Assembly: GCF_964355755.1 (NCBI RefSeq)
Contig: NC_092678.1
Coordinates: 20,849,365-20,913,364, forward strand
Source: Antedon mediterranea
Taxonomy: Eukaryota; Animalia; Echinodermata
Length of the DNA stretch: 64,000 nucleotides
Direction: 5' to 3'
The notes under the pieces were generated by a model. It was not told the DNA's origin. It did not search any database and saw only the letters and a list, made by a program, of their open reading frames with translations. Position numbers and translations under genes: made by a program. This document shows positions 14,101 to 26,358 of the stretch, in pieces. Numbering within the stretch: position 1 is the first letter of the stretch; every line of letters begins with the position of its first letter.

Positions 14101-17100
14101 AGAAAGTAATATCCATGTGTTTTACCTTAACCTCTTTGCATATTGTTTAAAAATTAAACTTTGTTTATTTCATAATATATACAATAGCTTTAAAAAGAAG
14201 TAACACCTACCTCCTCCATCTGTCAACCTGTTAATAAAATTCTTTGCATCAACTTTGTTGTTTGTGTAAGCTTCTGCCAATCCTCTCGGACGCCATGCTT
14301 TTGGTTGATCGGCGAAACTAATAACATTGAATCTGTCGTTTCGTCCCAGATCGTCAATGACTGACTTTACAGCTTCTTTAGTCTGTCGTAGCTTCTCACC
14401 TAACCCCATCGATGCGCTTGTATCAATCACGAACACAACGTGTTTGGCCACTTCTCTCAGTCCATTTGGAGAAAAGTAGTGAACGAAATAGCCATCTTTA
14501 GCCTGTACAAGTGTAACTACTTTAATGGCAATCTTCATAGTACAGTACAGTAGTATAAAACCTATGCCTATTCTGATAGTCATTCATAATTAATAGGCTT
14601 TTAAACAATGCGAAATAACTCCTAGGGAAATAATTTGTGTTCGCTGGTGTAAATGATTGTAACGATTGTAAACTAAGAGGAATTTGAACTTTGACCTACC
14701 TCCATGTAACCGCCAGAAGTATCATGCTCTACGTCATACCTCACTACTATGTCTCCTTTGATTCCACCCGAGTTGTCAATGTGATTATTTTGTTTGTCGA
14801 CGGTGAAGTCGTAAACTAACTGTCTGGCTGTAGATCCTCTACGCGTCAATTCATTGGTCAATACAATATCTTCTCCATCCTCTACATGGTTATCAAACTT
14901 GGCGTCTATTGAGTCTATTTCCTGAGGTTCTGTTACGTATATGGCAGTTCGAAGATCACGAACAATCTGAAAATGATACGTGTCGCATTTAAACATACAT
15001 GTTGGTTGTTGAATGAGTCAGCAGGCGCACTGGAACATATAGCGATACAGCACTGCCACACACAGCCACTACTTAAAATAGGCCTTCTAGTGGGCCTACT
15101 AGTTGCAAAATCTTCAACTGGTTGAAGGCGACAAGGATTATTGAAGCCCTTCTATAGCTCTAGTGGGGGAATAAGTCCTCATGGATAACGGCTTATACAT
15201 GAAGGTTCTGTGTACACACACATTGCTTGGTAATACTTTAGGCCTAATTGTTCTCCCAATTTAACCTCTATTATTGCTGAACTAAACAAACATGTCCGGT
15301 TCATTTTACAATTAACACAAATGTAAAATAATTCCTACCTGTCTTGGATATAGATTAAGTCGATATTCAAATAGTCCATCAGTGCGCTCAAGTAGTTGTT
15401 CGTACGTAATTTCAAACGTAATTGGGACATCTGGTGGTGCCAGCGCTGATACTGACACGGTCTCCATTGTAGGAATCCTAAAGAATAGCGAACATGTTAA
15501 TTTATCTACACACAGGACATAAGTTATGTATAGAGTATTTGCTAGAATTCTATCTGGTCGGTCGACACTATACGAATGTATACATCATCAGCCATTCCTT
15601 TAGCAGAGACGTAGTTCCATATGCTTTGCTTGAAATATTTTTTGAAATATATATTTATACTGGGTAACCTCTTCAGTCAAAGACTGGTCTCCCAGAGGGC
15701 CCAGTTGGTGATCAGTGGCTGTGATGTACTAATACACCGGGGTAACCCCCTACTCGTCTCGAAAGATGTACTAGGTTCTTTAAAGTGCACACGAGCTAGA
15801 TGTGTACACTGGACCTACGGTTTATAGTCCTTATACGAGAAGACTCGTTCTACCACCAGAACCATGGAGTGAGTGAGCCTCGAACCCCTGCCGATGTTAT
15901 GGCTACGTAATTACGGTTCCACTGTCTTAACCGCTCGGCCACTCACTCACTTGACTCACTCGCTCGCTTGAGATATCTTACTTAAATAGACCGAGATTGA
16001 GCTTCAGAGTACTGCCTGCCCTGGATCTCTTCTTAACTAGTAATTCTATACATGCAATACATAGACATCGAGAAAGTAAAAGTAACATTGACTATTTTAC
16101 ATAGAAAGATACAAATGACCTCTTACCATCTGGGTATTCTGCCTTTAGCATCAAGAACAATTTTCTTAGAGTTGTCATCATGCACAATTGTCGTGTCATA
16201 CGTTTTTCCTCGGCTCGTACTGTAATTGAAGAAAGTATACACACGATTATCAATTAGTTTATTGGTGTTTGTCTTCGTGCCTTCCATGCCTATCACCTAT
16301 GGCGTGCGAACGCTGCCATAAATGCCATAATACTTACGCAATAACGTTGGTGACAAATGCGTATCTTGGAATCTGGAAGCTGAACCGAAGATTAACATTG
16401 CCTTGGTTCTCGTGCACGAGTCGAGCGGTAATTTCTGTACGTGCATATCTTAGAGCAATTTGTGTTTCAATATCGATCAATTCTATGTCAACTCCTTCCT
16501 GGGTCTGAAAAATAGCATTTTTGTATATATTCCTTAATACATATTTGTGTTAGAATTGTGAATTAATTTTAAAATTATAATAAGAAAATATTGAATATTT
16601 ACCTCGACACCACCTAAAACCGGTTCATCTGAAAAAAAAACCCAACAAATCATGTCATTAACAGGATACAAACACAATGTAGCCTTTTAAACAGTCATAA
16701 TAATTACGAACGTTTTTATATAGAGTTTTGTTTTGTATTAATTACCTTCTCTTACACAAAACTCAGACTCGGCTCCGAGTTTATCCTTCTCTGCCGTGTT
16801 ATATCTTGAGCCAACCAACTCCCATCCAAATCCATCGGGCACTTTTGATTGGCCTTTATTGTTGATGAAATTGAATGACGTCACAGGAGTAAGAAGGTTG
16901 TAACGTTGGGATAGATCAAACGCACTTTTAAGATACAGTTCCCGTTCTTTCTCATCTTCTGTTATCTCAAGGTTTCTTAGTGTTTCCTCTAACGTATGGA
17001 TTGCCCAAGACCGTTCTACAAAGTCTCGAGGTACGTGTCGAGTAGAGCTTGGAGGATTCTATAAAAGGGAAATGAATTATATCAATAAGTATACTTCGTC

Positions 17101-20100
17101 TGAATATGACGTCACATATTCCATCGGCCTTCGATATTAAAGTGTGACGACAGTGCAGACGATATATTGCCAAAATAATTATTTGGAGGAAGTTTGAATA
17201 GAAAATGTTGAAATACTTACAGCTATATTCAACCTTTCTTCCATTGTGACGTCACCAACACCAGTAGATCCTGTTGCGCTAACACGAACAGGAATTTCTG
17301 TCAATTGTGAGTCAGCTAAGAGACCAGCCACCGACAGCTCGGATCCGTTGAAAAAGTTCTGAAATTGAGTTTGTGTAAGCGTTGCAAGATCCACACTATT
17401 CTCCAAGTATGATATGGATACGTCACGAAGAAGAGGAGTAGAAACTTCATCGTAGACTCCTTTGAGCTGCGATGGCACATCCACACCGTCGAAGATTCTT
17501 CTAGCTATGCCTTTATTTGCTAAAGCGATTCTTGTTAAGAAAGGAAAATCCACGTCGGAATCGCGCTTTCCAAAGCCTAGGGTGATTATGGAACAGTCGT
17601 TTTGGTTCTCTGTTCTTGTGTTTTGAAGGATAGTTCTTGGATTGGTTTCGCCAATAGTTGCCGTTCCATCAGTGAGCAAAAACAGGATGCAGACCGACGT
17701 ACGCCTACCTCCAGCAGCGTTGTTCAGTAACTTCAGTCCTTCCACCAAAGCGCCATTTATATTCGTACCTGCAAGAAATATGCATATTATAGTTTTAAGT
17801 TTTGTTTTGGACTTATTTACCATAATATGAACACCACTGATGACATCTTGTTGGATATAGAAACTATTAATGATACTTACTAGCAACACTTTCAAGATTT
17901 TCCACATGTATCTTGGCCCTGTCAATGTTTGGTTGGTTTGCTTCTAGGAGTCTATTTTCTTCCCAGAGCTCCACTGTTGTGGAGAAGGTTAATATGTTAA
18001 AATGGTCGGTAACACTAAGATCATCAAGAATTGTCTTTAATGCCATCTTTGTTTGATCAAGTTTTCTTCCATACATCGAAGCACTGACGTCGAATGCAAA
18101 GACAACATCCTTTGGTAAAGCTTGCAGTCCGCTCGGAGAGAAGTAATGTACAAAGAAATCATCGGACACCTTGAAAATACGAATAATATAATTATAAATG
18201 TTTAAACGATAACATTTTGGCCACAACCAGTTTGAATAGGCCTAGTATCTTGGAACATACCATTATATCGCCAGGGCTAGCAGCTTCATGCTCTACGTCG
18301 TATGTCAAGACAAATACACCATACATCCCCACATCTTGGTTGAACGCCTGCTGCTCGGACTTAGAAGGACTGTATTTAAAACTAGCTCTAGTATTCTGAT
18401 TGTTCTTCTTAGTGATATACTGTGACAGAAATACCCGATTGACGTCATCTCCTAAAATGGAGTCTATGGCTGTATTCTGGCTGTTGAGAGTTTCTCTCCC
18501 ACCATAAAATACCGACGAGAATAGAGATAAGTCAGATGATCGTGCGGCCGCTGACGTCGAGTAGTTAAAGAACCCAGCGTTTATATAAGAAATACCCTGC
18601 GCTTCGGTTACTTGAATATCAATGCCGAAATCTGACACGACCTTTAAAAAATACAGTGGAATCAACATAAATATCAACGTATTAAGTCTGCATATATGAC
18701 GTAATGATGTTTTCCAGTTTATAATACAGTATGTATATTGTCGATTAATTTGATTGCATATAAAAATACTCACATGTCCAGGTTTCACGCTTATTACCAA
18801 AGAGTAACTTCCACGAACTCTCTTCAATATTTCTTGGTACGTTACTGTATATGTTACATGTCCTCTTGGTCTCAGGTAAACAGCGGTTGTGAAATTGTTC
18901 CAAAGGGGATCACTAAAATTATTAAAAGAACAATGTTATTGGCTGGTTTAATTGACTTTTTCTTGTGTGAAAATGTGAGATTCTATTAATTATCAATTAA
19001 TCTATTTTTCTAAGGATTTTAATTACTTTTACTTTTACATTGCTTTTCTTCTTTTTTTTGGATTTTTTTTGTTCTATTATTTTTTAATTGAATAATTTGC
19101 AGGCGACATTTTATTGGTGGTTTTTTCTGTCGAGAAATAATACTGTGGTTGTCAATATTTCCTTGATACTTACACACCTTGATTAAAGCTCTAACACTAT
19201 CAAACTTTATTTGACAAACAAAATGTGATACATACATATAAAAATGTATGCCCATATATGGACACGATGACGTCAACAAGCTTGGCTACTTACGCATCAG
19301 GTGGCACATCTCCAGAAGCACTGAAAGTGTACTGATCTGAGTTCTCGCATCGATCCCTAACCTCGCCATAGTATGTCTCATCGTCTCCATCAACAACCCT
19401 ACAAAACACGAACAAATCATGAAACTAGAAGAGCAATCAGAGAGCGTAAACTTCTGCTTAGGAATATGAACATTTTATCACCTGTTCCCATACAGCTATT
19501 AAACCATTATTTAAAATCTTATGAAAATCGGGCAATAACTTTTTGATTAATAATGCTAACACTGAATTGATCACAACCTCTCGCTATTCTGACGGAGATA
19601 AATATACTATGCATAAGATACGGTACTTTTTTCATGTAGAGTCAATGACAAAATGGAAAATTATGTTCTTACACTGTGAACTCTGTAACATACGCACTAT
19701 CTGGAAATTCAAGTGGAAAGGTGATTCTTTCGGAGCTGTCGCCTTTATTTGTTATTCTGCATACGATTCTTGTGCTAGCAAATCTCATAGCAACTTTAGA
19801 TTCAATATCTAGGAGTTGTACTTCACGAATTCTTCCTGCATTCTAACGACAAGTATATTACAATTTGAATGATTACCGGTAGTATGTGTAGTGAAAATTA
19901 TTATTATGGTCATTATCTCTTTATTTATATTATCTTTTGACCTCATTTTATTCGAATTTTCCAATAAAATTTATAAAAAAAATACTTTGGAAAAAAAGAA
20001 GAAAGGTTTTCTTACATCATCGGCTTGTCGTCTTTGTCTTGATCGAAACGATTTTAATCCCTGTAATTAAATGGAATTTAAAGTTTTAATAAAAGATGAA

Positions 20101-23100
20101 AATTAAATTGTTGTTATTACGATGACTAGTGACACTATTCCCAAGAAACTGGCAGAAATACGACAAATACAGATAGAGGGCGCGCTATTTAAAATTTGGC
20201 CCATGTTGAAGATATAGATAACTCGAGATTTTAATAATCGTTGTGACGTCAGTAATATACATTTTTTAAAGATGTATTGAATCAACAGGTATGTAGGTAT
20301 ATAGCTATTAAAATTCGGCACGATAACTGTTGACATTATTGTGAAAACAAACAAAACAAGTAATAATACAATATGGGTTGGAATTAAGATTTTAATCTAC
20401 ATATATCTAACCTGAAATCTACTTTTAGCTAGCGTGCTGCTACAGAAGAATCAAGCATTGTAATAATCTGTATCTTAAGCTCTGTCTACACTATCAAAAC
20501 ATGTGATGTGCCTATATATGGACATGATGATGTCATATCACTACCATATTTGGACATATCACTTCCATATTTGGACTAGTTTGATAGTGTAGACAGATCT
20601 TAACCAGGTTTATCTGCATGGTTAATGAAGAAAAACAATCTTTATAGAATCAGAATTCACACGGATTCACACTACAGATAAAACGTGTGTGCATTCAAAT
20701 ATAATATTTTGATCGTTAACGAACAGTATCGTTTATTATAATACTTAGTGTATTCACAGACTACAACTAAGCTAATGAAATGTAGGCCGTTGCAGTGACA
20801 AAGAATAAAAACCGAGAATTACTGCTGACAGCAATTTATCAGATGCATCCTTGTATATGTTATAGTGCGAAATCATTTTGATCACCAAAGGTTTCAGTTT
20901 AATATTATTTTCAGTTTCAGTTTCATTAATTTTATTCATTAAAAACAAAAATATCATTAACAAATATAGAATAAAATACATTAAAGCCGATTTTCCACTA
21001 GGCGAATTTGTTCGCGCGAATCGAACGCGCCAGCTTGTACGCATGTGTATTCATGTTTACATCTTCCAAATCCTTCTCGACGCATGCGTATTAGCTGACG
21101 CCTTCGATTCGCGCAAACAAATTCGCCTAGTAGTGGAAAATCGGCTTTAAAGCAACAAAAAGCCAAAAGCTCGTACGTGGTTGATGACCTAAAACTAAAC
21201 AAAAACATAAATACAGTTAATTATGCAATAATATGAATCTTGTTACAAAATACATAAGAAAAGGTTACAATAGAATCAGGCAGAACTTAAGATGTATACT
21301 TATTAATTATATTCAACTTTTATTATATTTACTTAAACATTTAATAATATTTGATGTTGTAATTTGTAATTCTTATTGTAAGCTGAGGTAATCCATCTCC
21401 TTCTTTTGTTAAATTCCCCATGAAAGATGAATAAACATATATACTGATACAAGGGAGTGAAATTATCACTCTGCTCTTATTCCCTGCTGATACTGATATA
21501 ATTTGTTAAAGTGTATGACTAAAAATCATTCAATTTGTTAAATATTTCTGTAAATTAAAATTTAAACTAGAAAAAACGCACAAGTTTGCATTTTAATATT
21601 GGTAGGCCTAAAAAACAGGCACAATTGTAAGCCTATAAACGGAAGATTTAATTACGATACCGACAACAAACTGGTAACAACCCTTTAAAAACTTAGTTGT
21701 GATTTATTATAGGGCCTAAACGTTTTAAAAAAGGAATAGTACTACTAAAGTGAGAAAAAGAAACCAAATACTTTAGTATGTAGGTTTTTAACCCTTTCAT
21801 TGAGTAGGTTGGTTGTCACCGAGTCTCTAGAAAAGCCACAATAATACAACCAGCCTAGCATACAAAAAGCGAATAATCTCTTGAATACCATTGGTGTGAA
21901 TTAAACGAGTAATTTGTATAGCATACCGCGCCGCTCCCCGCGCGTGAGTGTTTACTTAATATCCACAAGTCAAGGGCATGTAAACAATTTAACCTGAAAA
22001 ATTATGATTCATTAACACTTTCATATGATTTCCATTCGTTGAATAACTTTCTTTAATTTTTAGTTTGTCCTGTGGCACTGACAGGAGATGAATGCTCGCG
22101 TTTTAATAGCTAATAACTAACATCAAGTGACCGATGTGCGTGTTAGTGGTACTACCTTGAAAACAAAACAAATTTGACTTTTGATACATTTGTTTTGCCT
22201 AGTATTCTAAATGAAAAATACTAAGAGTGTGTGTATCTTCTGAGGAATAATCAGAAATAATAATTTTTAGAAGGGATATATATATTTGTTACAGGGGTGT
22301 ACTCTGTCATCATAGGTGGCCAAACAAGGACCGAATATGATTTTGGGGAGATGTCGAATCTTCCAATTGATATCTACAATAACCGTTGTACATAGAAACG
22401 CTTCATGTGCGTAAGCCTAATTGGTATCATAATCTTTTGCAAAACTTATATGGCCTACTTGATGCTTTCTAAGAAAACTATATTTTCAAAGGGAAGATTG
22501 AACCCGGAACTGTCTCCCTGCCATGATTCCAAGACAAAGTCACAACATGAAAGAATAATCTATTGTCTGTTAAGAATCACAGCACTTCAGGCGGGCATTG
22601 TCAATCACAGTTGACTATTCATCATTGAAGGAATGTAAATTGACATTTGGTATATACTTCCGATCATTGTATATACCTTTAATAGTACAGTACATGCTTG
22701 AACTACTGTATAACGCAAGAGGCCTACGTCACCATATCAAGGAGGAGCTGTTGTAGAGTGATCTCAGACAATTCACGAGGTGTGTCTTATAAGATGTCAT
22801 GTTTTTACTTTGGTGCATGCTGTGGTCCTCCTTAAATTACCAGAATAAGAGACTATACAGATCCCTGTTATCATCACTCTTTTGTAGTTTTGAATCGAAC
22901 AAACCGTGGTGAAAAGTTTATGGTTAACGCTTAAAATAATAGGAATTTTAATTTAGTCCAACCAAGGCTATACCAAGGGTTAACGTTATCATATACTCGT
23001 TTCATTGAAGAGGGTTAAGTTAAAATCCCATAAGCCAAACTTTTTAAACGAAAAATAATTTTGGCCTTGAGCTGATTCTATGATACTCAAGTTAAGATGG

Positions 23101-23255
23101 CTGTTTATGGTTAAAAGTACATTTTTAGGCTGTCTCTAATTCTCTAAACTAGACTTATCTCTTACCTCGTCAGCTTCCTGTCGGACAACAGCTCCGTAAC
23201 CACAGACGAAGAAGACGACGGTAAATATTAATACTCGCAACCCTCCTTTACCCAT
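8130..23255 (-). CDS. Inter-alpha-trypsin inhibitor heavy chain (ITIH)-like secreted protein with three tandem VIT+vWA modules and one C-terminal ITI-HC domain (~28 exons)
   Basis: Signal peptide exon 23255-23166 (MGKGGLRVLIFTVVFFVCGYG) and exon 20060-20016 with RQRR. Module 1 spans ~19842-16746 (MIDAS DVSAS), module 2 ~16504-13003 (DTSAS) and module 3 ~12504-9511 (DVSDS). Each module has (Y/F)F(V/I)H(Y/H)FSP, TDG, FG and ERxWA-type motifs. C-terminal exons ~9186-8130 start with DNDPHFVV..VCFDING; stop at 8130. Confidence 0.9.
15655..15950 (-). mobile_element. tRNA-derived SINE, copy 2 (ITIH intron)
   Basis: Near-identical to 1330-1594 (ctcttcagtcaaagactggtctccc...agtgagtgagcctcgaaccc...ccactcactc). 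Confidence 0.8.
20477..20601. mobile_element. MITE family A
   Basis: aagctctgtctacactatcaaa ... tttgatagtgtagacagatctt with internal atatcactaccatatttgg units. Confidence 0.75.
20983..21148. mobile_element. Foldback MITE (long inverted repeat)
   Basis: aaagccgattttccactaggcgaatttgtt... pairs with ...aacaaattcgcctagtagtggaaaatcggcttt over ~65 bp; TTAA at both outer ends. Confidence 0.75.
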
Positions 23256-24545
23256 GTCTCTCCGTATTCTGTCGTATTCTTGTACCACTATATCTCCTAT
23301 TAAAATCCACTCTCAATCGCTTATTTTAAAAGAAGCTTCGATTTAGTTCTAACGCCAGTCTTTACTTTACTAACGTATTATGTGTACTCGACTCTCCCTA
23401 ACAATTGGATTTTGTTCTAAAATCTGGTTCCGCTTGCCTGAAGATTATATACTTTTCTCGAAAAGAATACACTATGTGGGTTCAATGCTTTTTAAAGTGC
23501 TCTTTGTTATGTTAATCTTCTTCTTTGTCAATAGACTTCTTTTCTACTTGTTTGGTTTCTGTGTCAATTTATAAAACGAAAGAAAAAATATTCAGAATTT
23601 AGCTAGATATGTTTAGTACTATAGCTTAACTAATCGCTAGGCTTGCCAGTTTAAAATAAAAAGGACAGTGACTATATATTATGTATGCATTAGGCGATGG
23701 TAGTTAGCGGGGAAGATTCCAGTTTTCCAACTTTTAAGCTTAGGAAGCAAACTTTAATAAACAGTTAACGTGGTTCCCAAATCATATTTGCGCGACACAT
23801 GCTGATGTGAAGGAAATTGGAGTTTAAACGTCACGACGCGTCGTATGTACACGCGCGCGCCGGGATTTGTTGTCGGTTACTTTCGTTCGCAACTCCAAAT
23901 TCCCACATGCAATGACGCTCCACACGATCCAATAGTTGTAGTATGTTATACATAAAATGTTGTATGTTTTTCTAAACGCAAGGTCTGTACAGACTTCAGT
24001 CAACACTGACGTCAAAGAATGTCTACATAATGTTCAAGAGGTCTAACATGATTATGTTACCTATCACCGCGGTAACGGACTATTACCCTTTAAGAATGTC
24101 CAACAACCACATTATATATTTAAATGACAATAAGTCACAAATTGGTGGTTTTGAGAGGTGTGTTGTTTGGAGGAGACACATATTTTCCACGAGTTATAAC
24201 AACTTGAAAAAATGGTAATTCACATAAGATTCGCCGGAGGTCACTATTTTAAAGCATTAATTATGAGTTGTATAATAAGTTGTATTTTCCTATACATTTT
24301 GTGTTTAAAACATTTAAAATATCATTATCATTTTATTACTGAAAAAAAAATAGACTTTCTGATTTAAAAACGAAACCTAAGTGGTACACAGTAACTGAAC
24401 GTAGTTTGGGCACAAATATTTGGAAACCCGAGCATATTAGTAGGCTTCTTTGACGACGACGATGACGTAATGAATTTTGCAGAAACACACGAGGGCGCTC
24501 AATTAATTCGCGTTTTTTTTAATCGTCCAAAGATAGTAAGTAATT
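23256..24545. promoter_or_regulatory. Head-to-head intergenic region (candidate bidirectional promoter) between the ITIH-like gene and MBD4
   Basis: Divergent start codons at 23255 (-) and 24546 (+), ~1.3 kb apart; locally CpG-dense patch at ~23825-23890. Confidence 0.45.
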
Positions 24546-26358
24546 ATGGAGGAAAATCAAGATTCTACGAATTCTAGACGAAGGTACAGTGTCATCTTTA
24601 ATCAAGGATGCAATATTACATTTGGTTAATTTGTAGATTAATTCAATATTCGTCTGTGTTTGAAAGTTTTAGACAAATATAACTTGGCGAAGGTCCATCC
24701 TAGGCCTGGCTGGTAGTCGTGATACCTGCTTCACTGAAACCCCGCAGTCGTGTCCGGCCGAGTAGCAGCCGTCAAGCCGAGCAGTAAATCGCCTACTGAA
24801 CTGTGTATTCCTTGGCCTAGCCTTGGGGTAGTGTAGGCCTTAGTGCAATTGGTCCAGACCATAATGCCTAGTTAGCTATAGTTACTGTGCTAGCTAGGTA
24901 GGCTAGCTAGATGACTATAGCTAAGCTAGGTCTAGGCCTAGTAGTACAGCTAAAATATAGCCTAGCTAGGCCTAGGCCTAGTAATATAGTATAGATAGTA
25001 GGCCTAGCTAGCTGTGCCATGTGATAATACTGTAGGCCTATTATAGCCTATGTAGATAGGCCTAGATAGAATAGATAGGAATTTATACACATTACTACTA
25101 GGAGTAGAAGACTAGTTATAATAATATATTTTTAAAAGCGTCCTAGGATTCATTTTTCAAAAAGTGGTTTTTTACTCAAATGATGATTATTGATTAAATT
25201 AAATTTTCTTAATTATTTTCAGCTCTTCAAGTGCTGATGAAAGTATTGGAGAAGTTTGCAAGATAACACCATTGACTCCTTCGCAGTCACCAGACAACAA
25301 TGATAGTGAATCTGACAATGGCATTAAAGCAGCTGATAAAACGGAAGCAGAATCGCAGAACACTTCAGAGTCGGAAGATGGCGGCAACAGCTGTGATTCA
25401 AAGAAAGACACAAAAAATGAAGAAGCACAGAAAGAAGAAGAGGAAGTGAGTTCTCAGGATGATGCTAAAGAAACAGAAGATGAGGAGGAAGGAAACAGTA
25501 GTTCAAAAGATGAAAATAAAGAGTTAACTAATGAGGGTGATGAGGACAAAGAGGATGGTGGGAAAAAGGATGAAGCTGGTGTTCTTGAGGAGGATAATAG
25601 GTTACCAGAAGGATGGAAAAGAAAAGTTACTCAGAGACTGACCGGAAGATCTGCAGGAAAATTTGATGTGTATTTGATAAGGTAATGATATTTATTTTGC
25701 TATTACAGTAGAACCCCTCTTTGGTACAACACCCCCACCCCCCCCCCCCCCCCCCCACCCTTCCCATTTCTGTGTTCTAAACAAGGGACAAATGTCAGAA
25801 GAAGCTTTGAGAATCTGTTCGCTGCAAAATGACGCACCTCCAAAGAACTTGTACTGTAATACTAGTAATCTTGTTTAGTATAGTAAGCCCTTGATTAATA
25901 ATCAAATATAATATTTGTTCTTTTATTTACATTTTTGTTCGTTTAGCCCAACCAATAGACGTTTCCGTTCCCGGAACGAATTAGCAGCTTACTTTAAAGT
26001 AAATAAATCTGAATATGATGCGGATGATTTTGACTTTACCGTTCGTGGAACCGGAAATAAAGCTGCCACAAAAGCCAAACCGGCAACACCGAAAAGAAAG
26101 ACACCGGCAAAAAGGAAAAGCACAAGTAAGACAAAATCAACACCAGAAAAAAAGACTAAACAAAAACCAAACAAGTCTCCCGCAGGTAAGAATATACGCA
26201 AAGTTGCTCAACCGTCAACCGATAAGAGCAGTAAAAAGTATAATAAAGAACAATCAATGAAAAAATTGCTTGTAAAGATTAATTTTAAAGGAAGGGGGGA
26301 TGATGGAGAGGCGGAAGAGCAAGCAAGTACACCAAAGCGAGCCAGAAAGGAAAAATAG
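24546..26358 (+). CDS. Short MeCP2-like isoform (MBD + basic region + KLLVKINF motif) made by read-through of the donor at 26185
   Basis: The frame stays open past G|GTAAG at 26185/6 to TAG at 26358. It encodes KKLLVKINF, resembling MeCP2 GKLLVKMPF, and ends in the NLS-like TPKRARKEK. Confidence 0.65.

Noticed and set aside
8130-19842. Three separate tandem ITIH genes
   Set aside because: No stop codon, start codon or signal peptide between modules; the linker exons join them in frame
20772-21208. Overlapping ORFs with similar peptides on both strands
   Set aside because: Produced by the inverted-repeat MITE
25730-25760. Poly-C tract as a regulatory G-quadruplex
   Set aside because: A simple homopolymer inside a MITE-like remnant, with no supporting evidence
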